A program made the translations under genes and the position numbers. A stretch of DNA of 64,000 nucleotides from Bugula neritina. Lineage: Eukaryota > Animalia > Bryozoa. This document shows positions 1 through 13,200 of the stretch, piece by piece (within the stretch, counting starts at the first letter, position 1; every line of letters begins with the position of its first letter). Location of the stretch: positions 4,930,741 through 4,994,740 of the forward strand of contig OZ037768.1 in NCBI GenBank assembly GCA_964035545.1, read 5' to 3'. Under the pieces are notes generated by a model that worked only from the letters and a program-made list of their open reading frames with translations, was not told the origin of the DNA and searched no databases.

Positions 1-976
1 GTTCATTATACCATCTTTACAGCAGCATTACTTTATTTCAATACTTGGAATTGGTGAACTATATTAAATGTTAATATATAAGTATTATAAACATGTAAAT
101 AAAGATGGCTTTAATTAGATAAAATAGTATACATGTATTTAGGAAAGCTTTTTTTTTCTACATAATATATTGTTGCTACAGCTTAAATGTCGAATGTAAA
201 AGTTGCCACTAAGATGAAGGTCTCATTAAAAACTTCACCAAGTCTTTTAAAACTTCTTTAACTACAAAAAGTTGACTCAATTTACTTTTTCTCAGACTTC
301 AATGCTTTCTTTTTAATTTGCCCATAAACGGATTACAGCTTTATTGCAAATCGTGTTATATTATATGAGTTTATTTATATTCTATACCTGAAACTCTTAT
401 AATAGTGCACTGATTCTACTTAATATACATAATTTTTGTTCTCAAATCCCTAAACAGTGGGACTAATGTGCCACTTTTTTATGCTAAATTGTAATATAGT
501 TTTGGTTATGGTATGACAGTTTAGCCTTATATCAGTATCATTTCATTTAAAATTAATTTCATTATGTTATATATACTATAACATGTAACCATTAGTGTTC
601 TTTGTCGGTCAGATAAATGATAAAATGTCAGGTACTTAGTGCATGTCATGAATCTGTTATGATGATTGTAGATTATAAAGTGATGTAAAGTTTAGTTATA
701 GTATTTATTTTCAGTTTATTATAAATGATTAACAAAAGTGAAACAATTAAAATTCACCAATTAAATTCAGTAATCCTACTTGTATGTTAAATTTGGGTAT
801 AAATAATTGTGCACGGCTTGCAGTTTTAAAAATGTTCTGAAATTATCCTTGAGTATCTATTTAGCCAAGCAAGTAAAACCATACATGACGATATTTGAAA
901 AATAATAAGATGTTTGTGATTATAAAATGGCTTGTGTGAATGTTGGTAAGTATTTGTTGCTTTTTTTTATAGAAAA

Positions 977-2534
977 ATGGGGATTTTAGATAAGCTAGCT
1001 GAGTTTCTTGGAATGAAGAAAAAGGAAGCAAATATAATAGTAGTGGGGCTTGACAACAGTGGTAAATATTGTATTTTAATATACTTTTAAACATATGTAT
1101 ATTAATAAATGTATTATAAATATATAAATAAATGAATAGCAGGTCACGCAAATATTCTAACTAGGCTTGTTACTTGACTGAAAATTCTTCTGGCAAATAC
1201 TCTTTAATAAAAACATGTTACATTAAATTATGAATGTCTGAGAAATTGTTTGGAGACTTGGTGTTTATAGTTTTGTTGTTATTACTATATCTAAAAATTG
1301 TATTATTCAGTTAAATAATTATTACATGTACACATGCATCTACACCTATAAAGTAACTAAATTGTATACACATACAATTACATTTTTGAGTTTTAAAAAT
1401 GGTAAAACTGAGTAATAAATAGCAGTTATTATTTTTAGGAAAGACTACAATAATCAATCAACTTAAACCTGTGGAAGCAAAGAGACACGACATTGTGCCT
1501 ACTGTTGGTTTCACTGTTGAATCTTTTGCAACAAAATCCTTCAAGTTTAATGCATTTGACATGTCAGGTCAAGGTCGTTACCGGAGCTTGTGGGAGCATT
1601 ATTATAGAGATTGTCATGGCATAATATTTGTTATAGGTGAGCCATACAGCATAATGCTGTATGAACCTAATTTTAAAGTGTGTCACCTAATTTTGTTGAC
1701 GTTCATAAATACCCATAGAGGTATACCATGATATTAAGCTACATCATGTCATGTCTTTAATAATAGATAGCTTGTGAAAATATCATTGTATTGAAGTTGA
1801 ACAATATAAATTTTCAACCAGCATAAGTTTGCACTAAAAGTTTGTGTGGTGCTTTATTCTGGGAGGAGATAATTTCTATACTAAAATATTAAAAATAGAC
1901 CAATATTTTACAAAATGTTGCATACATACCTCAAATAGCAAGCAACAGTTTACACTATTAGCATGATTGTTATAGTAGTTATGTGATAGTGTAGTTACGT
2001 TGATCCAAATGAATTGTATCAGAAAAGCTTAAGAAATGAAGACTTTACACATCACACTACGCAGCTCTGAAATAGGGAGTCTTTGTAATGCTGATGCTAA
2101 GTATTATAGTATATATAATATAGGTATGTCTATACTTGTAGACAGCAGTGATAAAATGAGAATGGTTGTAGCAAAAGATGAGTTAGATCTTATTCTACAA
2201 CATCCAGATATAGCAGGGAAAAAGGTGCCAATATTGTTTTATGCCAACAAAATAGACCTTCGAGATGCACTGACCAGCGTAAAGGTAATAGATTAGAGAT
2301 TTTTTAAGATTTTTATGTTGAAATTTATCTATTGAATGACCAAGCTATTGGGCAAGGCATGTATATACAGTATTTATGCAAATATATGTTTAGGTTTCCA
2401 CCCTTATGGAGTTGGATGAAATCAGCAATAAGCCGTGGCATATATGTGCAAGCAATGCGTTGACCGGAGAAGGTTTGGGCGAAGGCATTGATTGGCTGAC
2501 AGATCAAATAAAAGATATAATCAACGCAAAGTAA
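977..2534 (+). CDS. ARL6: ADP-ribosylation factor-like 6 (BBS3) small GTPase; 4 coding exons: 977-1061, 1439-1636, 2142-2284, 2394-2534
   Basis: The spliced frame gives [34 protein letters not shown] (P-loop), [17 protein letters not shown] (ARL6-type switch II), [10 protein letters not shown] (NKxD) and [23 protein letters not shown]. All introns are GT-AG with matching phases. Confidence 0.93.
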
Positions 2535-4275
2535 TTGAAGTGGTGGAAGGTGACTCATGTATTATGTGAAGGGATTTAAAAAAACTTAAGACGCAAACTG
2601 CCTCCCTCAAATGAAATACTAGTCAGTGCAACCATTTCAGTGTTGCAACTTATTACTTTGTTAAATGCAATATTCTGAGACAAGAAGAACATTCATGAAG
2701 GCATTGTATATACAGCGGGTGGCAATCCAAATGATTTATAACTGTAAATATATCTATATTTAACTACACATTTTACTACACGTACAAAGGATCAGTCATT
2801 TAGTCCATAATAAGCTTATCAATCATTTTATAATTTAGGTAAAATAACATTTTTGTAGGTTGAGTTTTAATTATAAATTGAGTTGATTAATTTCATAATT
2901 TGAAAAAAAACATGAAAATTGCATACATGGCATGAATCATGATTGTAAGTTATTGAGCATGAGGGAATAAAGAACTGTTTTATTTCTCATCAATAAAATT
3001 TTTCAACCTGGATGTATAAAAACTAATTGCTGTCAGTATGCAACTGGTATATAGTATCAATGCAAGTTGCAGTTCGTCTTGTCTAATTGATGCCTTACCA
3101 TTAATATACCTTTAGAGGAACAAATTTTAAGAATGTTTTTACATCAAGGAATAAAAACTAAAAAGATGATATGTATAATTATATGTACTTATCTGGCATT
3201 TACCTGCAGATCCATTTACCAATATAGCAAAATTATTAGTTGTTTTAAATTTTTTTAAAACTTAATGTCCAACAAAATTATAAGTTGCATGTTGAACACT
3301 TCAAAAATGTTTTCACTTCATGGGAACAAAAATGTTTTTGAGTTGCTTTTGAAACTAAACTGAGCATCAAAAGTTACATAGGCTAATTTTCAGCCTTTCT
3401 TAATAGGTAATATTCAGTTACAGCTAACTTAGAATGAGCAGTTGGCCAAGATTTTACTTTTAGTGATTACTCTAACACAATTGTGTTTTCCAGAGGCCTT
3501 TAAACGTTTTTATGAATATTATAGCAGCAGACTATTGCTGCCACATCATAGCCACCCAAGTTAGCAATTTACTGCTCGGTAAGCTATAAATAATAAATCT
3601 ATCTCAAGAAGTATAAATTGTTTGGCAAGTTCTGTTGATATATTCAATACCTTGCCTATCGTTATACAAGATTTCGTTACAAACAATGCTCTCGATCTGG
3701 CTTAATGTTGAATAATAGCTGAAGTTTTATTTTCTCAAGACTTGGTAATCTGCAATGTAGTTGAGTTATTATGAGGTTGCAATAACCTGCCCCTAAAACA
3801 GTGAACACAGTTATAAAACAGGGGTCTATGTAGTGGCTATGATGTAATACTTGAGTACAGCTTTGTATTCAAATAGTTGAACATGATTTTGACCTATTGC
3901 TTATATAAAATATATTAAGTTGAAATGGCTAAAATTATTTTTGACCATCACCAGAAAAATTCTAATAAACAGTATCATATAAAAACTAGGAGTCCACAGT
4001 CACTATATTATTTCTACCATACCTTAAAACGCTTGTCACAACTTAGAGAATGACATCATTATTCAAATAGCCAATAACATGCTTTCATTGAATAGTCGCC
4101 AACATATAGTTGAAACTTTTATTGCTCATAACCTCTGAACATAAATGTCAAATAAACATAACATTTATAACAGTAAAAAAATAATGTAAACTTATGATCA
4201 AAATATAACGTTTGTAACAAAGTTAAAATGTAAATAAATAGATAATTTGTAATCTTAAAACCAACTTTTAGTTGG

Positions 4276-7200
4276 CTAAAAAGGAAATGGTGAGTCTGTG
4301 ATTTCTTCAGTAAGACTAGAAAAAGAAAGACTGGGGCTGTTCAGATCTGCATCAACACCATTGAGCTTGGAACCTGGCACAAAGCACAATATACACCTGT
4401 ATATAGCAATGCTTACTAAATGTATAAACTAACATCAACACTCTACTCGAAAATATCAAGTGTTATAAAGATGAGTTTCCAAATCTTGTTCATTTTGTAT
4501 AAAATTTGAACTTTATTTTTAGCTGTTTTTGTAAAAGCTTTTTTTGTATAACCACATGTGTTTTTGCTTCCACTTACTTGGAGTAACCCCATTGACTGTA
4601 TTCAAGCTAGTTTCATGGCTAGATTTAGAAAATGAGAAATTTTTTGCTTCAATCTGCTGCTTATTCCATTTCTTAATTTGTGATTCTCCCTCAATAATTC
4701 GATCACCAAAACCTAAAGAATCAAATATATCATGCTACGCTTTATAAAAAATGTGCTACAACAGATAAACAAAGGTACTAATGTAAGAATTAGCAAATTA
4801 CAAACAGAATTCGCTGATGGTTCATGAATAAACGAGAACAAGTCATGATCTAGATTCGAGGGTGACACACAAAGTAGAGCCCATAGGAGCGGAGTCTAAA
4901 ATTTTCAAATCACTTTGCAAGGATAGTAGAGCTCAATAACATCAGATAAACATTATAAACTGTAAATGTTTCTGTTGGGAAAAACAAAAAGCATTAGGAA
5001 TTTCATAATTTTAAGACTTAAAATTAAAGATTTGCTTAAAATGCATACCTTCGATATTTAACACAACATTTTTCCATAGAGGATTACGTCTCAGGTTGGC
5101 CACATGTCCAACTATAAACAGATGATTCTTTCCCCTGCTCAGAGCTACGTTCGTTCGCCTGAAAGAGTATTGGTGCACACTAAGAGTATTAGTGCACACT
5201 GAAAGGATACTTTGAATAACTGAATGTTTGAAAATAATATATACAAACTCATGAATGCTTATAGTTTAAATATTTTGAGATTTCTAAAACATAGTTTTAT
5301 ACAGAAAGCTGTAGTCTCAGTGAAGCACACTTTACTCAAAATAATTCTCAAGCTGACACTTTATAAGCTGTGTTTGATGCACACAGAAAAATTAAACTCT
5401 GGAAAATGAAATATGCAACAAAATCTTCCTCAGAATCAAGGATGACGCACAATGCAAACACAGTAGCTCATAACAACCAATAATAAGTGGTGAATGTCAT
5501 AGCCCATATGCCATAGTTTGATCACAGACCTGATGTCATCCACAAATCCCATTTGATCAGTCCTCACAGCTGACAATATTATGACGTCACGCTCTCCCCC
5601 CTGGAAAGAGTCGACTGTGGCCACTGAAACTCCTTTACTTCTACAGAATAAGTATATTACTCAAGTAATGTTACTTTCATTTCAAATATACGAACAGATT
5701 AGAAAGTAGCTGACTATAAACAAGAGTTTCAAAATTGTTTTTAGTCAAAGAAATTATGCAACAATATTTACTACCACAGATAAAATAGGCTGAGACCCAC
5801 ACACACCTGGGATCTTGTGCTAAATAAGAGACAATCACTTGCACTTGAGCTTTATACAGAGTGACTATGCCAATCTGTACCGGGTCTACTCCTCCTTTTG
5901 CCAACAACCAGGAAATTAATTGAGCAACAAACTTTGCTTCTTTCTCATTGCTGACACTATTGTGACTGTAGACTTGACTTCCTTTTATATTGAAAACACA
6001 GACTGCTGGCAACCCATTCTGAAAGTTTAAATTTGGAGTTGTCTCTGCAGGTTTTGAGCTTTGAGCATGCATATATTATAAGAATAACTTTCTTTATAAC
6101 TTATTAAGCGGACAGACAACATCTATATATAAAGATGAAAGACAAATCCGTTTATTAATCATGCTGATTGCTATTTATTTACACAGAGAGGTGGGCGTTG
6201 ACTGGCAGTAACTCCATCTTCTAGTATTCCATCATAAAAGAGGTTTCTACAGATTGAGCTGATCTCCGGGTGGCAGCGATACTGTTTGGTAAGCTGACAT
6301 GTAGGCATACCCTAGAAAGTAAACTAACCAGTACAGACCGTGCAGAGAAGAAGGTAGAAACACACTTTACAAACCTAAAAGTAAGCTGAATGTCTATAAG
6401 GAAAAAATTTTGTCAGAGCTTAACTTAAACCTTGAAAGCTACTAATTAGTACAAATTAAAGCCAAGTTTAACAGGAAGATTTTTCTGCTATCACAGGAGA
6501 CATTTACCAGATTTGATTCAACATGCATGTACTGTACTAATCCATCTTATACCTAAATATGATGGCTGTCTATATATCATGTGCCATTCAAGTCAAACTT
6601 ACCATGGCTTCGAGTCGGTCAAACATTGTTTGCTCTAAACCTCTTTGATGGACTGATTCACTGAGCTGAATTGTAGGCTTCAATTGCTACAAGACAAACT
6701 AGTCAGTTACAATAAATGCTTTCTCATTTCCAACATCAAACTATTCCATCTCTTACAAGGCAGAGCACACAGACCTCACTGTTCAAATATGAACCAAAAG
6801 CTTACCCGAGGGTCGCCAACGAGCACGAGTCTGGTGCACGCTGCTCTCTTGATCGGCAGCAAAGTCAAGGGTTCCATCATCTGACTACACTCATCCAACA
6901 GAACCACCTGCCAACATATACTAACAATCTACACATACTGTGCAGTCTGTATAGCTATTCTATGTACCTGGCGAAGCTAAAGAGTACTTGTGTACTTATA
7001 ATATCACAGTTCTACATCACCTTTCTATGTGATTATTTCCATAACAAGGCTGTATTTTTACGTTTCTTCAAACCACTATGTGTTGAAAAAAATTTTAATT
7101 CCTATTTGGAACAGAATTTTGGTAGAATAACTTTTTACAAGGATACAAAACATTTTCTAAACCAATGGATGTTTTAAAACAAAAGCGCTTTTTTACGAGA

Positions 7201-10200
7201 CATTTATGAGACTTGCCTTGAAAGTTAGATTGTCTAGAATTGAGAAAGAGCAAGCAGCACAAGTAACCCCAACCACCCTGGTTTCACCAAGTTTCTGTAA
7301 AATATAATAAAATCACTAAAATTTGAGTAAAACAATTCAGCAGAATAATAGTAGCATGTAGTACCATTGGTTGTTTCTCAACTAAGTTCTTGATAATAGT
7401 AATCTTTGATGACTGACAATTTTAAATCATTTGCGGAAATGGTTAATTCATTCAAATGCATAAATGCTAGTATTTTCTTTCAGTGTCAGTAAGTGTACTC
7501 TCTACTCAACAGTTAATCAATTTGCAACATTAAAATTAATTAAGAAAGCAAAACCTTCCTGATTGGATATTTAAATACCTGCTTTTGCAAACCAATTTTC
7601 TGTTGAGAGATGCATTTCTTCACGTACCTATAATAGAGGAGCGTAAAGGTTTTTCTGAATTTATTTCAATTTCCAATGAAATTTCCTATTTTTAAATACT
7701 CTCCTATTACAATAAAGGGTGAAATATTTGCAATGAAACTCACAATTTCTCTGACTGACTTATTTCTTCATCTTTCAGCATTCCTTCCAACTCTTTCAGT
7801 CCAGTATTTACATTACCAGATGCATGTAAACTGCAACAAAGTGAACATTGGCATGGCTTACAGCTACGAGAATGGAGAGTACATCATGGGAAAGTCTGTG
7901 ATTTATACAGACCTGTGAGGCAAGATGGGTTTTGCAATCTTCTTCAGACTTCCAACTCGGACAAAATCTGTTAATCCTTGCTCAGTAAGCCTTGAAACAA
8001 AATAATTTGATAAAATACCAAAAAAATCAAGGAACACAACTCCCACAATTCACTTATCTATCCCATCGCAAAGTACTGAACTTTGCCAACTAATTACTCA
8101 AACATTCACTCTCGTTTCAACACAATTCAATTTCATATACTTGCTTAATAAAACCAGCTTTCATTTAGAGACAAATCAATTAGACTCCCAGAGAGATTCT
8201 CTAGAATTACAGAAAGGTAAACCAGACTTACGCCAGCAAGATTCTATCTACAGCCACATTAGTCATGGAGGCTATCAATATTTTCGACTGCGTGTAGTTC
8301 TCAGAAACACCTTCCGTCTTCCCATCAAGAAGATTCAATACTGATGCTATGAACTGCACAGTTACAGCAAGTAAGTAGCTTTTACCAGCACCAAACACAC
8401 CTATAAACAACAACAACTGCTCCTATAAATAATAACAACTGCTGCTATAAACAACAACGTAGACTGTGTAAGATAGCATATATGTGGAGAACAAACCCAG
8501 TTGCTATAACACTATAAATCATAATCAACAAGTATAATAGCTTTTGAACAGCTGCACGCTAAATATTGTAAGCATAGCATTTATTATTTCACTAAATGTT
8601 CAAAGTTACAATCTTCTAACATAAAACTGGCGAAACTTTAAACAGCTAGTTTAAATTGACTAGAAACTGGCTAGTTCTGAAATACCAACAAACCACATTA
8701 ATTTTGAAGATCTGAATTAATGATATTTAAACACAATAGTTGATTTCAAGTCATGGCAAAGTGAAACAAACTGAGAGACCTTGCAGAGGAAACTATCCCT
8801 CAAGTATTTATTACGCTGCACTACTTAAAAATCACCCATAGAATACTTAATCTATCAACCTACTGTAATTCGTGTTCAGAAAAGACAAAACATATTAGCA
8901 AACCTTTGATGAGACAGATTGGCTTAGCGTGAGGTGACTTGAATGTTTCAGCAACCAACATTAGAGCCTCCGTCTGTCCTTCATTCAAAGTATATTTTTG
9001 AATCACTCGAGCTGCCAGTTCATCCTGCAGCAGAGTTTAAAGACCTCCAGCTTTATATAATATACAATATTTTTTTATGTGTAATCATTGCAAACTAAAT
9101 GATGCATTTCAAGTCAAATGGTATAAAAAGTAACATATTGACACTGTAGTCAGTTAATGCACTTGGTGCAAACATACAAAACATTTCTGATACATGCACT
9201 GATATGCACATTTAATGTAATACATGGAAAGTTAGAGGATGTGTCAAGGTTGTGACATAGCCACATGATTTTATGCAAGGACTGAGGCAGTAGCTCCAAC
9301 TACTCGTGTAGGAGTTATGTCGCCATGAGAGCAAACAGCGAAGAACCTTAACTATATCATGTATTGAGCAACAAGTGAAAAACATTTTATTAATTCACCT
9401 CTTCCACACAACATGCTATAAACTTTAGTGTGTTTAAAATATATATCTTCGAAATATGAGTAATTTCTATACTCGAAGAAAAAACTTTTAGTACAGTTCA
9501 TAACTTCATAACAGAGATATATAAAAAAGGTAAACGAGTTTCAAATGACTCACAATGACGTCCTCAGGAAGAAGCATCTTACTTTGAGCAGTTTTTATTG
9601 ACGGAACTTCGAATCTGGAGTTTGTTCGCTCAGGTCCACTACATACATAAGGTTAAGCATATACACCATGAGTCTATCTGACAGATTCGAATGACATAAT
9701 ATAACCATAAGAATGTATAATAAGTTCATACTTTGATTACATAACATAAAATGTTATTGGTATCAATATTATTAATATATTTTCCCGCTACCCAATCAGG
9801 ACATGGGGGTGAAAGGTGAACAATACCATTAATACATTTTACTAACTCTAGTAAACAGCTGAAAGACTTGAAAATGCCGGAAGTTGTTATTAAACAGCTG
9901 ACCTTGAGTGAATGAGCCAGGGAAGCAGAGGTACAGTTCTAGCATTGAGATCTGCAAGGTTAGTTAAACATTCGAGCTCTGTGGAAACATTGGCAGCGTG
10001 CAAAGCGTAACATTTGGCTCCGCCTACCCAATTACAACTGTAGTAGCTGAAAAATGCAACAAACACAAACATTACCAAAAATAATGAATTTCAGACCTCA
10101 TGCACAAATTTCATTCTATCTCCTATTTTTCTTTGAAAATATTGTGAAGTATAAATTAACATGAGATATCTTGCAAAAAAATCTATGAACTGTTGGAATT

Positions 10201-13200
10201 TAAAAGTAATGACAACAGTAAAACTTAATTTACCCCGCTATAGGTGATATCTCTACATCATTATTCGAGTTTGGTCCATAGAAGATGCTCTTGGCTATAA
10301 ATGTATTGCCAGTAAGATCAAAACTCATGGTCTGTGAGATTACCCATAAGTCACCTGTACAAATGAACACACGGGAGACATTGCAGAATGTTATACCAAA
10401 ACCATAGACTGTAAAAATAGAAAGTTTTTATCAAATTTTTACTGTGTATAAAGTTGAGTTAGTTTTGTGAATTAATAATTAGTCCGTACAATACAATTTC
10501 ATCTGTAAATAGTGCTATTGAGACTTACCTTTGGTGTAAGTTGATGCCTTTTCCTTTCTATTCAACTTCAAATATAAAGACTGACTCAATGCGGTATCAT
10601 TCCTGACCACCCATTTCTACAGCAATACAACTAACTGCAGATAACATTTCTACAGCAATATAATAGTTGCAGATAACATTTCTGCAGCAATATAATAGCT
10701 GCAGATAACATTTCTACAGCAATATAACAAATAGTTGCAGATAACATTTCTACAGCAATCTAACAGCTGCAGATTGATGGTATACTGATATTACCCATTG
10801 AAAAACTGGTAGCTAAGAGAAATGAAATCTACTAGTAAATACTGCTCACATTACAATAATGTAGAAACCGAAAAAAACTTTGCAGACCTTTGAATAGTGT
10901 TCAGTGGTTCGATTCAATTGGCAACTAGAATAAAAAAGGATTGATTTGCTCTTCAGGTAAGTTTCTAAGGCCTGGAGGCTGCATATCTCCTGTTGGGTGG
11001 AACCACTTGCAGAGGAACTAGTAGATGTTGATTCACCAGCTTTAGCCCATTCAAAAAACTACAAGAGTTGTAAATAACTACAAGCAACAAACCAAACATC
11101 AATTCTATAAACTATAAACATTGAGTGTGAAATGTTAAGTTGTCTTGACTGTTTCAACACTAGAATGAGTAATTTCTACACTTTTATGATCATAAGTGGA
11201 GCTTCCTAGATAAATACATACTGAAAGCTAATGGTTTGTATATAGGTTGGCAGCTAAGAAAGATTTCTTCTTTCAATTGATTAAAGAATGTTTGTATGGT
11301 TGGCTATTTGTAACGTAAAGTTTTTTTAGACCAACCCAGACAGGTGAGTTGTCATCAGCACACGCAGAAACTAAACAAAATAAAACTGAAATATGATGGA
11401 AAGACATGACAACAAAACCCGATAAAGTCTTACGTTGCATTGAGTTCCTCGTGCATTAGCACATGTATAGAACATTCTGCCTTTGTTGGAACCTTCTTTC
11501 TTCACTTCAACGAGCTTGGAAAATGCGCCATGTTGACATCTTGGGTTACCCAGTGTAGGTGAGAGTTTAGTGTTGCTGGAGAGTGAATCTATGCCAGTAG
11601 CTAGATGGACAACAAAATCTTGTTTAACTTAACAATGCCTACACACCCTACTAAGTAACTGTATCAGAACTGAATGAAAAAGTGAAATGTTGGATTTGAA
11701 AGTTCAATAGTGGAGTTTACATGTTGAAACTTCTGATCAAATAACAGCTTCACTATCACAGCACATATTACACAACAAAATACTTATAGTTGAATATGAT
11801 TTACAAGAAGGTTTATACACAGAGTAACTGATAACAAAACTTACGGGTCTTGCTGGACAAGTAGTGGCCAGGGAATATGTTGGATATATTTACTGTAGCC
11901 AAACACTCGTGATATCTCCTCGACATTTCAAGTAAAATGATGTTGATATGTTCTACAAAACATTGTAAGAGCTATAACTGTAGCATATTGCAGGGATATA
12001 ACTATAGCAGATATCACATAATTATAAAAATAAATATAACTGTAGAACTAAAATTGTTTGTTAAATCTAATTTTTGAGTACGTAACTTTCAGAACAAAAG
12101 CAACACATCTTTTGTGCTAAAAGATGCACGTAGATGCAAAGTATAAACTTTTCTATATCTCAGCACTAAAATGTGTTCATTGCCACCTCAACAAAATTTC
12201 TTCAAAAGGAAAACACCAGAATCAGCAGAAACCAAAAGGTGTTTCCTGTTACTAAGCTAAGAGTGTTTATAGTATTGTGCCATAATGAAATAAACATATG
12301 TATATTAAAAACAATCAACAAAGCAGTATCGATAAGCTGATGTGTAAGCTATCAAAACTGCAAACATAATTAAATAAATTTTGAAAGTGCATGGGTGAAT
12401 GAAAGAAAAAGAAGCTCACCTCTGAGAATCTGTTCCAGTGCATGCTTGTAATCAACAGAAGTCTTAAAACTGATAGGCATGGATAGATTCCGCAGAGGCT
12501 TATCTACATCTGCGCTGTACGCGGGAAACCGCAGTATCAGGGAGTCCACCATTTGCTAGAAGCATTATGCTAGCTAAATATTGGCATAATTGTCCTTCAA
12601 TATTTTTACATCACACGGGTCATAATATACCATTTATGTGAAACTTTCTGCACTGTCCACTATTGCTCAACAATTTATTTAGAACTTTTAGTTAACAAAT
12701 TCATAATACGACTTATAATTTACAATAAAAAGCCATTTTTTATACTTGGTCATATCACTGAGCATAATAGAAAATAAAGTAAATTATACTGCATCTAAAT
12801 TATAATGTATATATAACTGATGAAAACTATTATTTGAATGGAGATGCAGCATTTTAAAAAAAAATTGTGACTGCCAACCTAACAATATAAACCTAACATT
12901 TAAGTCCTTTAACAATTCAAATATATATTTTCTACTAGCTAACTTTAGAATTATGACCAGTGGATGCTAAAGACACATCTTTAAATGGTTTCTGAGATGA
13001 CATCACAGATTCATAACCAGCATCCCTAGCTCCAATATTTCCCAACACTTTTTGCTTTGCTTGCACAATTTTCTCTGCTGGTAGTTTATTTCCAAAGGTG
13101 GCAATGTTGTTGTGAATAGGTTTGGGAGGAGCCAATCTCGTATGAGATCGGTCTACAAAGAGAGTCCGTAAGAGTAGCAAGATTCACAGAAAGAGATCAA

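Noticed and set aside
946-976. Acceptor AG just upstream of start codons (also ZGRF1, MAPK7, PTTG1IP) as evidence of trans-splicing or operons
   Set aside because: Ordinary 5' UTR introns explain it, and alternating strands argue against operons. The apparent 27 nt GT-AG here is too short to call an intron.
5202-5210. GTATCCTT U12-type donor on the minus strand
   Set aside because: It lies inside an intron only ~50 nt from the acceptor, with no exon ending there.
9228-9350. GC-richer ZGRF1 intron patch as an H/ACA snoRNA
   Set aside because: H-box-like and ACA motifs can be found on the minus strand, but the second hairpin is too short and overlaps the ACA.
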